Part shown: one piece after another, positions 10,146 to 19,032 of the stretch
How positions within the stretch are numbered: position 1 is the stretch's first letter
How the letters are laid out: each line of letters opens with the position of its first letter
NCBI GenBank assembly: GCA_943788915.1
Contig: CALSSD010000005.1
Location: 496,001-560,000, forward strand
From: an uncultured Acidimicrobiales bacterium
GTDB lineage: Bacteria > Actinomycetota > Acidimicrobiia > Acidimicrobiales > UBA10347
Length of the DNA: 64,000 nucleotides
Direction of reading: 5' to 3'
Notes under the pieces: model-generated
The model's database searches: none
What the model was told of the DNA's origin: nothing
What the model saw: only the letters and a program-made list of their open reading frames with translations
Program-made: the position numbers and the translations under genes

Positions 10146-11072
10146 TCAGCCGCTCAGACCAGGCGCGAGCCGTTTCAGGAGGGCTCGCGTGCGTTCGCGC
10201 TCGTCGGGCGAAGGCGTAAACTCGGATGCCGCGTAGTCGGTAACTCCGGCGTCGGCCAGGCCTGCGAGTTGGTCTTCGACCTCGGCTTCAGAACCAACCA
10301 AACCGAGCTCGCCTGGTTCGGTCACGCCTTCTCGCTCGAACATTGCCTGGTACGAAGGCAGTTGCGCATACAAGGCCGCGGTGGCGGTGATGCGACTGCG
10401 GATGGCGGCTGGCTCGTCGGTCACACAGATCGGCAACGTCGCCAGGACCCGAGGTTTGTCACGACCAGCTGCGGCGGCTGCCTCGCTCATGGTCGGCACG
10501 ATGTGGTTGCGGATCGTCTTTGGACCGACCCAGGCAAGACTGGTGCCTGCGGTACGACCCCCAGCTAGCCGCAACGTCTGTGGCCCAAGAGCCGCCACCA
10601 GGACCTGCAGTGGTCGAGTCGAGGGTCGAAACACCGTTGCCCGACAGGACAACGACTCGCCCTCGTAGTCGACCGACCCATCTTCTATAAGCGGCACCAG
10701 TATCGAGAGGTAGTCGCGCAGATGCCGAATCGGTTTGTCATCGGTGAGCCCGAGTTCACTCATCATCGGCTGATGAGACAGGCCAACGCCAAGCGTCAAT
10801 GCACCGTCCATCGATGACTGCGCCGTGAGTGCCTGGCCAGCCAGGACCATGGGATGACGGGGATAGGTCGGGATGACCGCGGTGCCCAGTTCCATGGTTC
10901 GCACCGACTGGCCTACCACGGTCAGCACCGTGAGTGCGTCCAATCCTCCAGTTGGATGTTCGGCAACCCAGTAACTCTCGAAGCCATCGGCCTCGGCCGC
11001 CTGAGCATGTTCGACGAAAGCCTCGACGGAGGCTTTAGCCACCAGGGCCGTTGCATTGAGTCCTATACGCAT
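10146..11072 (-). CDS. LLM-class, probably F420-dependent oxidoreductase
   Basis: MRIGL start, GFESYWVAEH, ELGTAVIPTYPRHP, LGVGLSH, VAALGP, LPSY. Confidence 0.9.
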   Translation of the reverse strand: MRIGLNATALVAKASVEAFVEHAQAAEADGFESYWVAEHPTGGLDALTVLTVVGQSVRTMELGTAVIPTYPRHPMVLAGQALTAQSSMDGALTLGVGLSHQPMMSELGLTDDKPIRHLRDYLSILVPLIEDGSVDYEGESLSCRATVFRPSTRPLQVLVAALGPQTLRLAGGRTAGTSLAWVGPKTIRNHIVPTMSEAAAAAGRDKPRVLATLPICVTDEPAAIRSRITATAALYAQLPSYQAMFEREGVTEPGELGLVGSEAEVEDQLAGLADAGVTDYAASEFTPSPDERERTRALLKRLAPGLSG

Positions 11073-11244
11073 GTCGCCGATGGTAGTGATCGTCGACTTC
11101 CGTCTCGACAACCCGCACATTCGAAACAATGGGTAATTAGCCATACCCAATGACCCATCTGAGGGGATGTCAACAAATAGATTGTCAGTACGCTCACGCC
11201 ATGAGTCCTACGAGCAGCCTCGCGAGCCCTGGAGCGATACCTCG

Positions 11245-12372
11245 ATGATCCCACCCTTAAGCCTGTCCTACGCCGATGCACGGCAAGCCTTCTTGGAAGC
11301 AGCGACACGCATCGAAGCGCGAGTGGACTCATACCAGCACCCGCTAGCTGGGCTCGAAGGCGAAGAGCTCTTCGTCGACGTTGCCGAAGTCGGTCCTGTC
11401 GACGCAACGTCTGTGGTGCTCGTTGTGTCTGGCACACACGGTGTCGAGGGATACCTCGGATCTGCGCTACAACGCCATCACCTTGAGACTCTTGACCCTG
11501 CGACTTTTGACCCTGCGGATCTTGACCTTGCGACCCTAGAGGGTGAGATCAGTCATGGTGAGAGGGACGTCGCCTTCATCTTCGTGCACGCGCTGAACCC
11601 CTACGGTTTCTCCTGGGTCCGTCGGGTGAACGAAGACAATGTCGACCTGAATCGCAACTTTGTTGACTGGACGCAATCACATCCTCGAAACGACGACTAC
11701 GGCTTGCTGGCCGACACGCTTGTGCCCGCTTCATGGAGCGACGAAGAACAAACCCGTACCCAATCCGACCTGATGGCAGCACTGACAGATCTCGGACTTG
11801 AGCGCTCGCAGCAGATCATTTCCGGTGGACAATTCGACCATCCCACCGGCCTCTTTTATGGGGGCACAGGACCGACATGGTCACACCGTTGGCTTCGTGA
11901 CTTCGTGCACCAGCGGCTGGAATCTGTAGATCGCGCCGCTGTCATCGACCTCCACACCGGCCTTGGCCCTTGGTCACACGCCGAGCTGATCAGCTCCGAA
12001 CCAGCAGGCAGCGCAGCCCTTGCACGTCAACGCTCGTGGTGGGGCCAGATCACCTCACTCAATGAAGGAACCAGCGTGTCGGCAGAAATCACCGGCGAAT
12101 GGCTCGCCGCACTCAGTTCCTTCGCTCCCAACACCGACTTGACAAGCGTCGCTATCGAGTACGGCACGGTGGACACCGTGTTGGTCCTCGAGAGCCTGCG
12201 CGCCGATGCCGTGTTGCACGCAACCGGCAGCCAGACGTCACCCGACGCTGCTGCGATTCGAGAACAGGTACGTTCTGCGTTCATCGACGATGACCCCGCA
12301 TGGCTCCAGGCATGCTGGCCGAGTTACGAGACCGTATTCACCGCTGCAGTGAACCAACTGAGGAACACCTGA
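11245..12372 (+). CDS. DUF2817 / M14-like zinc carboxypeptidase-fold hydrolase
   Basis: SGTHGVEG, HALNPYGF...RRVNEDNVDLNRNF, IDLHTGLG, EYGT. Start chosen after GGAG; the ORF is open from 11167. Confidence 0.85.
   Translation: MIPPLSLSYADARQAFLEAATRIEARVDSYQHPLAGLEGEELFVDVAEVGPVDATSVVLVVSGTHGVEGYLGSALQRHHLETLDPATFDPADLDLATLEGEISHGERDVAFIFVHALNPYGFSWVRRVNEDNVDLNRNFVDWTQSHPRNDDYGLLADTLVPASWSDEEQTRTQSDLMAALTDLGLERSQQIISGGQFDHPTGLFYGGTGPTWSHRWLRDFVHQRLESVDRAAVIDLHTGLGPWSHAELISSEPAGSAALARQRSWWGQITSLNEGTSVSAEITGEWLAALSSFAPNTDLTSVAIEYGTVDTVLVLESLRADAVLHATGSQTSPDAAAIREQVRSAFIDDDPAWLQACWPSYETVFTAAVNQLRNT
11491..11535 (+). repeat. In-frame 15-bp tandem repeat x3 (LDPAT-FDPAD-LDLAT) inside the M14-like gene
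   Basis: CTTGACCCTGCGACT TTTGACCCTGCGGAT CTTGACCTTGCGACC. Confidence 0.8.
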
Positions 12373-12374
12373 GC

Positions 12375-14036
12375 TCAGGCGCCCCGCACCGTGTTGACAA
12401 GGGCGGCTGCGAGTTCGGCTTCGGGGCACTCGTTGGAACGCCACCCGATCATGAGGTCGGGACGGATCAACACCAGGCTTGCGGCATAGACCTCGGCCAC
12501 CATGGGTTCGGCTAGCTCGAGAACCTGTAGCGGCAAGCCCGCTACAGCTGCAGCATCGATGATCGGCGTGACGTCGGGGGCATCTGGTCCGATACGCAGA
12601 AGCGTGAAGTCGGGCCCCAGCCGGTCGAACAGCGCCTGGCCATCGTCGAGCCACACGTGGGGTGCTCTGTGGCCGGGTCGAGCGACTGGCACATACCGGC
12701 GGGCATCGTCGGCCGGCTCGGGCGTGCCGTCGGCAACCACGATCGGAGAACCTTCGTAGCGGTACCCGAGCAGCGTGCCCGACGAGGCAATGAGTTTCTC
12801 CTGCTCCTTGATGTCTGCCTTGAGCATCTGGCGGACTGCGTCGCCTTCAGGGCTTTCCTCGTCGATCTCGTCGCCGTGCTGCATGACCCGGTACAGATGG
12901 TCGAAGCAGTCGGCAGCCTCTTGTGTATTTCGATGACCGATCGGGCGTCGCTCGTGGTCATAACTCGCGAGAAGTTCCGAGCCAGCCCATCCGTCGAGAG
13001 CTGCCTGCAGTCGCCACGCCAACTCGATTGCGTCGGACACGCCGGTGTTCATACCAAATCCGCCAGTGGGACTGAACAGGTGCGCCGAGTCACCAGCAAG
13101 GAAACAACGACCTTCGGAGTATCGCTCGGCGACCAGAGCGTGGGCATCCCAGGGCTGGACCGAGTGCACGTCGATCTCGAAGTCAGCGCCGACCACATCC
13201 TTGATTACCTGGACGGGATCGACATCTTGCCAGTCCTGACCTTCGTCGAGAATCAGGTGATAGGTATAGGTCTGATCGTCGTCCCACGTAAGCATGAAAC
13301 CGCGGTGGTCCTTGTGCAACGGGAAAAAGATATTGCCGTGCCCGAATGGGTGTTGGTTGATCATGTCTGGCGCTCGGAAGTAGACGGACACGAATGACGC
13401 CAGGCTCGACGTTCCCTCGTAGCCAATACCGAGTTGGCGCCGCACGGTTGATCGGCCGCCGTCGCACCCCACCAGGAACGCTGTCTCGACTGTTTCGACC
13501 CGACCGGTGGTGAGCTCCTCGACACGGCAGGTGACCCTGTCGCCGTCATCGACGAAATCGAGAAGCCGCCATTGAAAACGAAGGTCGGTCGTCGGCTGCT
13601 CAGCGATGTAGTCCAGGATCACCTGCTCCACCTCATTCTGGCCGGTGATGGTCTTGAGATACGGCGACCAGTTGTGCTCGGCCTCGGTATACCCACCGGA
13701 CTGTCTGGTCAGCAGAAGCTGATCGAATGGCGGCAAGGACACCCGATGGATCTCACGGCCGTGCAGTGTCGTGACCCACAGGTACTCGGCCGGTAGATCC
13801 GGAGGGATGCCAGCGTTCGTGATCGCTTCATCGACGCCCCATCGCCGGTAGTACTCCATGGTGCGGTTCGCCACAGCGTTCGCCCGAGGGTGATCGTTGA
13901 GTCCGGGGCGTTCCTCGAGCACCAGGCATTCGACGCCCCGCCAACTGAGTTCAGCAGCGAGAGACAGTCCTACAGACCCCCCGCCGACGACGACGACTGG
14001 ATACGACGGCTGCAGCGACTCGTCACTTCGAATCAC
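12375..14036 (-). CDS. FAD-dependent aromatic monooxygenase (PheA/TfdB, FAD_binding_3 family)
   Basis: VVGGGSVG, LVGCDGGRS, FLAGDSAHLFSPTGGFGMNTG, PGHRAPHVWL, LIRPD. The GTG start overlaps the YciI stop. Confidence 0.92.
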   Translation of the reverse strand: MIRSDESLQPSYPVVVVGGGSVGLSLAAELSWRGVECLVLEERPGLNDHPRANAVANRTMEYYRRWGVDEAITNAGIPPDLPAEYLWVTTLHGREIHRVSLPPFDQLLLTRQSGGYTEAEHNWSPYLKTITGQNEVEQVILDYIAEQPTTDLRFQWRLLDFVDDGDRVTCRVEELTTGRVETVETAFLVGCDGGRSTVRRQLGIGYEGTSSLASFVSVYFRAPDMINQHPFGHGNIFFPLHKDHRGFMLTWDDDQTYTYHLILDEGQDWQDVDPVQVIKDVVGADFEIDVHSVQPWDAHALVAERYSEGRCFLAGDSAHLFSPTGGFGMNTGVSDAIELAWRLQAALDGWAGSELLASYDHERRPIGHRNTQEAADCFDHLYRVMQHGDEIDEESPEGDAVRQMLKADIKEQEKLIASSGTLLGYRYEGSPIVVADGTPEPADDARRYVPVARPGHRAPHVWLDDGQALFDRLGPDFTLLRIGPDAPDVTPIIDAAAVAGLPLQVLELAEPMVAEVYAASLVLIRPDLMIGWRSNECPEAELAAALVNTVRGA

Positions 14037-14317
14037 GACGGAGCCACAACAGCATGAAAGGCCCGGATGGTGACAGACTCAAACAAACCGGCACGGTTGT
14101 AGGGCTCGTCTGCGATGAAGTCGACGGCAGCGGCCCGGTCAGGAAAGTCCATGACGATCATGCTGCCGATCGCTGTCGTGCCATCGTCCGCCACCAGCGG
14201 TCCACCGAGGTACATCGCATCGAGGTGGCCACCAACAAACTCTCGATGAGCGTCGGCGACATCCGCCCGCAGATCAGCGGCATCAGGCCGATCGATCATA
14301 TGAATCACAAACAGCAT
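14033..14317 (-). CDS. YciI family protein
   Basis: MLFVIHMIDRP, R..H, GGPL..DDG...GS, DEPY..AGLF. Confidence 0.88.
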   Translation of the reverse strand: MLFVIHMIDRPDAADLRADVADAHREFVGGHLDAMYLGGPLVADDGTTAIGSMIVMDFPDRAAAVDFIADEPYNRAGLFESVTIRAFHAVVAPS

Positions 14318-14357
14318 GACTGCAGTCTTTCCCGGCAGGCAAGTGCCAGCGAAATCC

Positions 14358-14392
14358 AATAACGAATCCGTGCCAGGCACCTGTTCGTTATT
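14358..14392. repeat. REP-like palindrome with GTGCCAGGCAC core
   Basis: AATAACGAA-TCC-GTGCC-A-GGCAC-CTG-TTCGTTATT; overlaps the hydrolase stop codon. Confidence 0.75.
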
Positions 14393-15212
14393 CGGCGAAT
14401 GATGCGAGGCTTCGGTGTTGGGCGAGGAAGGTTCGCACGGTGGCATTAAACGCCTCGGGTGCTTCGATGTTGCTGAGATGGCCCGCACCATCGAGCACTT
14501 CCAGCTGCGCATTCGGCAGAAGCTCGTTGAGATCATGACCGAGTGATGGTGGCGTGAGCTGGTCTTCGCTGCCAAAGATCAACTGGACCGGCATCGTCAA
14601 CTGGTCAAGGACATCGGCCTGGTCAAAGTTTGTCGATGCGCGCAGCGTCTTCAGATACGAGTCGACTCGTAGCTGCAGGATGCTTTGGCGCAGTTCCTCT
14701 TGTATGTCCTGTGGGCAGTTCGGACTCACAAGTGAGGCGATCAGCCGTGGAGCAAGATCGGAAAACGTCTTGCCTTCGAGTAACGGACGTTCACGAAGTT
14801 CGATGTACTCCCGCTGCTTCTCGGGCGACAGTGCGTTCGTGAACCCGTAAAAACAATCACACAAAGTCAATGTTGCGACTCGGTCTAGGTGCCGGGGAGC
14901 GAAGTCCATGAGGATACGAGCCCCCATCGACAGGCCTACGAAGTGCGCTTGGGTGATGCCAAAGTGGTCGAGCAGCCGAGCCATGTCGTCGCCGAACGAA
15001 GAGAAGTCGAGTGACCCGTCATAGTTGGCCGAGTCGCCGTATCCCCGGGCATCCCAGGCGAAGCAGGTGAAGGACCCCGACAGATCAGCTACCTGCCGGC
15101 GCCAGTTTGACCGGTTGCCACCAATTCCGTGCAGGAAGACAACGGGCGGTCCGCTGCCTTCGACCGCCACGGCAAGTCGTGGATCACCGTCGACGAACTG
15201 CAGTGAACTCAT
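14388..15212 (-). CDS. Alpha/beta hydrolase (possible N-formylmaleamate deformylase or enol-lactone hydrolase)
   Basis: FLHGIGG, DARGYG, GLSMG nucleophile elbow, GSED, AGHLSNIE. Starts 4 bp after the NicX-like stop. Confidence 0.88.
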   Translation of the reverse strand: MSSLQFVDGDPRLAVAVEGSGPPVVFLHGIGGNRSNWRRQVADLSGSFTCFAWDARGYGDSANYDGSLDFSSFGDDMARLLDHFGITQAHFVGLSMGARILMDFAPRHLDRVATLTLCDCFYGFTNALSPEKQREYIELRERPLLEGKTFSDLAPRLIASLVSPNCPQDIQEELRQSILQLRVDSYLKTLRASTNFDQADVLDQLTMPVQLIFGSEDQLTPPSLGHDLNELLPNAQLEVLDGAGHLSNIEAPEAFNATVRTFLAQHRSLASFAE

Positions 15213-15216
15213 CGAT

Positions 15217-16284
15217 CTAACCGAGCGCCGACTCGACCAGTTGTCCACCAGCAACAACCTGGGTGCCATTGACCGTGATGTCGCAGTTACGCATCGGCAG
15301 GTCGAAGTGACACGACGTGAACCGCTCCGCGAACTCGTTGGCTCCGGTGGAGAACAGGAAGCTGCCTGCGATCGCCCGCATCTCGGTGCCGTTGATATCG
15401 CCCTTGTCGTACATGGTGAGCGAGTCCCACCGGGCACCCGGATTCAGACCCCAACCCACGTGCGACACCGCGTAGGCGTTCGGGTCGTTCCAACCCTGGT
15501 AGTAGTCACGCATGAGTTGGGCATCGAGGCCGCTTCCTGCGATCGACACCACCCGGTCGTCCTCTACGGTGAGCACCACCTGTGATTCGAAGTACCGCTT
15601 GAACGTGAGGTTGATATCTCCAACATCGAGGATCACTGTGCCGTTGGTTGTGTTGGCCAGAGGGAAACACAGCGCCAAACCTGCGGGCCAATACGCGATC
15701 TTGTCGTTGGGTCCCAATATGCCACCGCCACCTCGACTTGGTGCACCTGTGATGTCGATCTGCAGGTCCGTGCCAGCGGGCGACGTGACACGCATGGCCG
15801 AACCGGCATCGAGTAGCGACAACGCCTTGAGTGACTGCTCGTGCACAACCGGATCAGGGCGACAGCGCTCCAGCACCTCGGGATGTTCATTCGAGATCAT
15901 CAGCACCCGGCCACCAGCGCCAAGCAGGTCCTGTCGGGCCTTGCTGTGCAGCAGGCCTTCGACCGTGCAGTCGACCACCAGCGAACACGCACCGAGGGCT
16001 GCCATGATCTCCGGGTACTCGTCGTACGCGTACGTTGCCCCGGTTGATCGCACCGGAAGCGGGTCCTGCAACTCGGGTGACGCCACCGTGACCCGCACGC
16101 CTCTAGCTCCGATGCGGTGCAGCGCATGTTCGGTCAGTTCGACGAGCACCATGCGGCTCTGGCTCTCAGCCAGCACCCCGATCAGGTCACCTTCAGCGAC
16201 TCCCGACAGACGCAGAAACTCCTCGAAACATGCAATCCATTTGGGTTCCAGCACTTCGATCACAGACCGAGTTTCGCTCAGCAC
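15217..16284 (-). CDS. 2,5-dihydroxypyridine 5,6-dioxygenase (NicX)-like / M29-fold protein
   Basis: DCTVEGLLH, SNEHPEVLER, SPAGTDL, SHVGWGLNP, ELR-like EMRAIAGSFLFSTGAN, CHFDLPMRNC. Exact start uncertain (16263-16341). Confidence 0.78.
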   Translation of the reverse strand: MLSETRSVIEVLEPKWIACFEEFLRLSGVAEGDLIGVLAESQSRMVLVELTEHALHRIGARGVRVTVASPELQDPLPVRSTGATYAYDEYPEIMAALGACSLVVDCTVEGLLHSKARQDLLGAGGRVLMISNEHPEVLERCRPDPVVHEQSLKALSLLDAGSAMRVTSPAGTDLQIDITGAPSRGGGGILGPNDKIAYWPAGLALCFPLANTTNGTVILDVGDINLTFKRYFESQVVLTVEDDRVVSIAGSGLDAQLMRDYYQGWNDPNAYAVSHVGWGLNPGARWDSLTMYDKGDINGTEMRAIAGSFLFSTGANEFAERFTSCHFDLPMRNCDITVNGTQVVAGGQLVESALG

Positions 16285-16336
16285 CCCTCGAATTACGAAA
16301 TCTACGGGTAAGACTCCGCACACCCACACCGCCCTC

Positions 16337-16385
16337 GTCACGCGGGGTCTGACCCCGCGTGACCTGGGGTCTGACCCCGCGTGAC
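16337..16385. repeat. Perfect 27-bp palindrome plus a direct second copy of the GGGGTCTGACCCC core (REP-like)
   Basis: GTCACGCGGGGTC-T-GACCCCGCGTGAC at 16337-16363; GGGGTCTGACCCCGCGTGAC repeats at 16366-16385. Confidence 0.88.
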
Positions 16386-16445
16386 GTGGGAGCTTGCTCG
16401 GGGTGGCCGCGTTGTGGTTGGGGGCTGGTGGGTGGAGACTGCGAT

Positions 16446-16946
16446 ATGCCCACCTTGGAACTAGTGACGGCGGAGTTCATGGACTCTGCCTCTTTTCGGA
16501 TCGAGACCGAGGTGACCGTTATGGCCCCCATCGGCGCCTGCTGGGAGTTGATCGCGGACCAAGCATCGTGGTTGCAGTGGTTCGACAACATGTCCTCGGT
16601 TGATGCCACTCCGTGGTTGTGGACCGAACCGGGCCAGACGCGTGTCGTCAAAGTCAATGGTCTCAAGGTGCACGAAGAAGCGATCTCGCTCATCCCCGAA
16701 CAGGAGTACGCGTTCGCGATCCGCAAGTGGCCGCTTCCTATAGCCAAGAAAGCAGCCGAAGGCATCAGGCTCGAGGACCGCACGGACGGCGGGTCGCCTC
16801 GCACCACATTGACCTACATCGGAGCCTTCGAACCAACGTTTGTCGGCAAGCTCGCCCAGAAGATACTCACCAAACAGCTGACCGCTGCCTGGGGTCCGGC
16901 CCTGAAGAACCTTGGTGAGCTCGCCGCTGCCAACGCCTCGGAATGA
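16446..16946 (+). CDS. SRPBCC (polyketide cyclase/START-like) family protein
   Basis: AP...WELIADQASW.QWF, GQTRVV, C-terminal helix ALKNL. ATG follows GGAG. Confidence 0.8.
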   Translation: MPTLELVTAEFMDSASFRIETEVTVMAPIGACWELIADQASWLQWFDNMSSVDATPWLWTEPGQTRVVKVNGLKVHEEAISLIPEQEYAFAIRKWPLPIAKKAAEGIRLEDRTDGGSPRTTLTYIGAFEPTFVGKLAQKILTKQLTAAWGPALKNLGELAAANASE

Positions 16947-17147
16947 GCAACAGCAGGTAGCGCATGGTCAGTCAGATCCCTTTCCTCGGGAACCGCTCCC
17001 GGTATACCGCTCCGATGATCAGCTTGGCCTGAAACCGACAGCAGCGCAGAAAAGCCATACAACCTGCCCGCTCGACACGCGAAAAGACTCGCAAATCAGG
17101 TGACGGGCGGCATAGCCCTAGCGTTGCTACTGGTATCGTCGGCGCCT

Positions 17148-18281
17148 GTGTCCTCCGTAACCGAGCCACTTGAGTCGATCCGTAAGCCAGCACGGGCCAT
17201 GTTTGTCGTGGCGCTGATCTACGCATTCCTGGTGGGTGTGTCATCGCTCGAGTCCGGCATCAAGATCATGGGCGAGGACACCACCGAGCGTCTGTTCTCC
17301 GCTGCTGGCAACCCCATAGCCGCTCTGTGCATTGGCATCCTCGGCACGATCCTGGTGCAGTCCTCTTCCGCATCGACCTCGATCATTGTTGGCCTGGTCG
17401 CCACTGGCAAACTTGGTGTCGACGACGCTGTCCCTATGGCTATGGGTGCGAACATCGGCACCACGGTTACCAACACATTGGTGTCACTTGGCCACATTCG
17501 TCAGTCCAGCGAGTTCCGGCGGGCATTCGCGGCAGCCACCGTGCATGACTTCTTCAATGTGCTCGCGGTTGCCATTCTGTTACCGCTTGAGGTGTTCTTC
17601 GGCATCATCAGCAGCACGGCCGAGACAATCAGCGAACGGCTCGTGGGTTCAGCCGGATCCGAGTGGAAGAGCCCGATCAAGGCGTGGGTGAAGGAGCCGG
17701 TGTCCTGGCTCAAGAGTTTCTGGGAAGCGGTCGGCACCAGCGGCAATGTGCAGGGCACGCTCATGGTCGTCAGTGGACTGGCGATCATCTTGTTGGCGTT
17801 GGCGTTCATCACCAAGAACATGCGCTCGCTCGTTGCTGATCGGGTCGAACGTTCGGTCAACGCGATGTTGAGCAAAGGCGGCGGAGCAGCCGCTCTCGTT
17901 CTCGGCTTGGTCATTACGATCGCAGTGCAGTCATCCAGCATCACCACGTCGATTCTCATCCCACTCGCGGGCGCCGGTGTGATCACCCTTCGCAACGCCT
18001 ATCCCGTAACTCTCGGTGCAAACGTGGGAACAACCATCACGGCATTGCTGGCTTCACTCGCCACGGGTGCGCCCGAGGCGCTCACCGTGGCCCTTGCCCA
18101 CACCACCTTCAACGTGTTCGGCATCTTCCTTCTCTACGTAATCCCGCTTGCTCGCGACTGGCCGATCCTGGCTGCCGAACGCCTCGCTGACGTGGCCGTC
18201 AAGCGCCGCACGACCGCCGTGGCCTACGTCGCTGTGGTATTCGTGGTGTTGCCGCTTCTCGGCGTCGCACTCCTGGGTTAA
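17148..18281 (+). CDS. nptA: Na+/phosphate cotransporter (NptA/SLC34 type)
   Basis: Two QSSS..TS repeats, each followed by GANIGTT/GANVGTT; AAATVHDFFN. Start uncertain (ORF open from 17100). Confidence 0.9.
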   Translation: MSSVTEPLESIRKPARAMFVVALIYAFLVGVSSLESGIKIMGEDTTERLFSAAGNPIAALCIGILGTILVQSSSASTSIIVGLVATGKLGVDDAVPMAMGANIGTTVTNTLVSLGHIRQSSEFRRAFAAATVHDFFNVLAVAILLPLEVFFGIISSTAETISERLVGSAGSEWKSPIKAWVKEPVSWLKSFWEAVGTSGNVQGTLMVVSGLAIILLALAFITKNMRSLVADRVERSVNAMLSKGGGAAALVLGLVITIAVQSSSITTSILIPLAGAGVITLRNAYPVTLGANVGTTITALLASLATGAPEALTVALAHTTFNVFGIFLLYVIPLARDWPILAAERLADVAVKRRTTAVAYVAVVFVVLPLLGVALLG

Positions 18282-18305
18282 CAATCGCACGAAAGGCGAT
18301 TTTCT

Positions 18306-18989
18306 GTGGTTCTCTCATTCTTCAAAGGAAGCTCCGGCGAAGGCGACTTCGCGCCCATCGTGACCAGGGCAGTGACGATGCTCGGCGACGCGCGCCACTC
18401 GTTTGATCTTGCCTCCATGGTGTTGCTTACCGACGCGGAAGCATCGTCGGTTGCCGACGACGTCCGCGCCACCGACGAGCGCATCAACCAGGCCGAACAA
18501 GAACTCCGCAGCGAACTGGTAGTGCATGTCGCTGTGCAAGGCACTGCCGATATTGGATCGGTCCTTGGTTTCACCTTGCTACTGAAGAAGGTCGAACGGA
18601 TTGGCGACCAGGCAAAGAACATCCTGGAACTTGCCGAGCAAGGCGTGTCCTTCGCCGACAGCAGCGAACGAGAAAGGCTGTTCGCCGAGCGTCAAGAACT
18701 CTCAGCGCTGTTCGCCGAAGCAGCCGAACTACTCAACGCATCCGATGCCGACACCGACGCGATCACCGAGTACACCAATCGGGCAAACGTTGCGGTTGCG
18801 CACTACCAGTCGAAGATCGACGAGTTCATGACGTCGGAACGACCCGGTCACGAGGTCGTACCACTAGCGATCTATTACCGCTTCCTTCGACGCATCGGCG
18901 CCAACCTCGTTGGTATTGTTCGCACGTCAGTCGCACCATTGCCCCATGTCGACTATCTCGACGATGGCGCCACCGACACCGACGACTAG
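18306..18989 (+). CDS. PhoU-domain protein
   Basis: DERINQAE, VERIGDQAKNI, FLRRIGANL; lies directly downstream of the Na/Pi transporter. Confidence 0.85.
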   Translation: MVLSFFKGSSGEGDFAPIVTRAVTMLGDARHSFDLASMVLLTDAEASSVADDVRATDERINQAEQELRSELVVHVAVQGTADIGSVLGFTLLLKKVERIGDQAKNILELAEQGVSFADSSERERLFAERQELSALFAEAAELLNASDADTDAITEYTNRANVAVAHYQSKIDEFMTSERPGHEVVPLAIYYRFLRRIGANLVGIVRTSVAPLPHVDYLDDGATDTDD

Positions 18990-19022
18990 CTGCGAAACTT
19001 GTTGCGACGACTTGTTGCGACA
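18985..19022. repeat. ~13-bp tandem repeat ACTTGTTGCGAC(G/A); a degenerate first copy contains the PhoU stop
   Basis: ACTAGCTGCGAA-ACTTGTTGCGACG-ACTTGTTGCGACA. Confidence 0.7.
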
Positions 19023-19032
19023 CGCCGCCTCG

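Noticed and set aside
16337..16385. Mini CRISPR array
   Set aside because: Only two cores separated by 2 bp, with no spacers and no cas genes.
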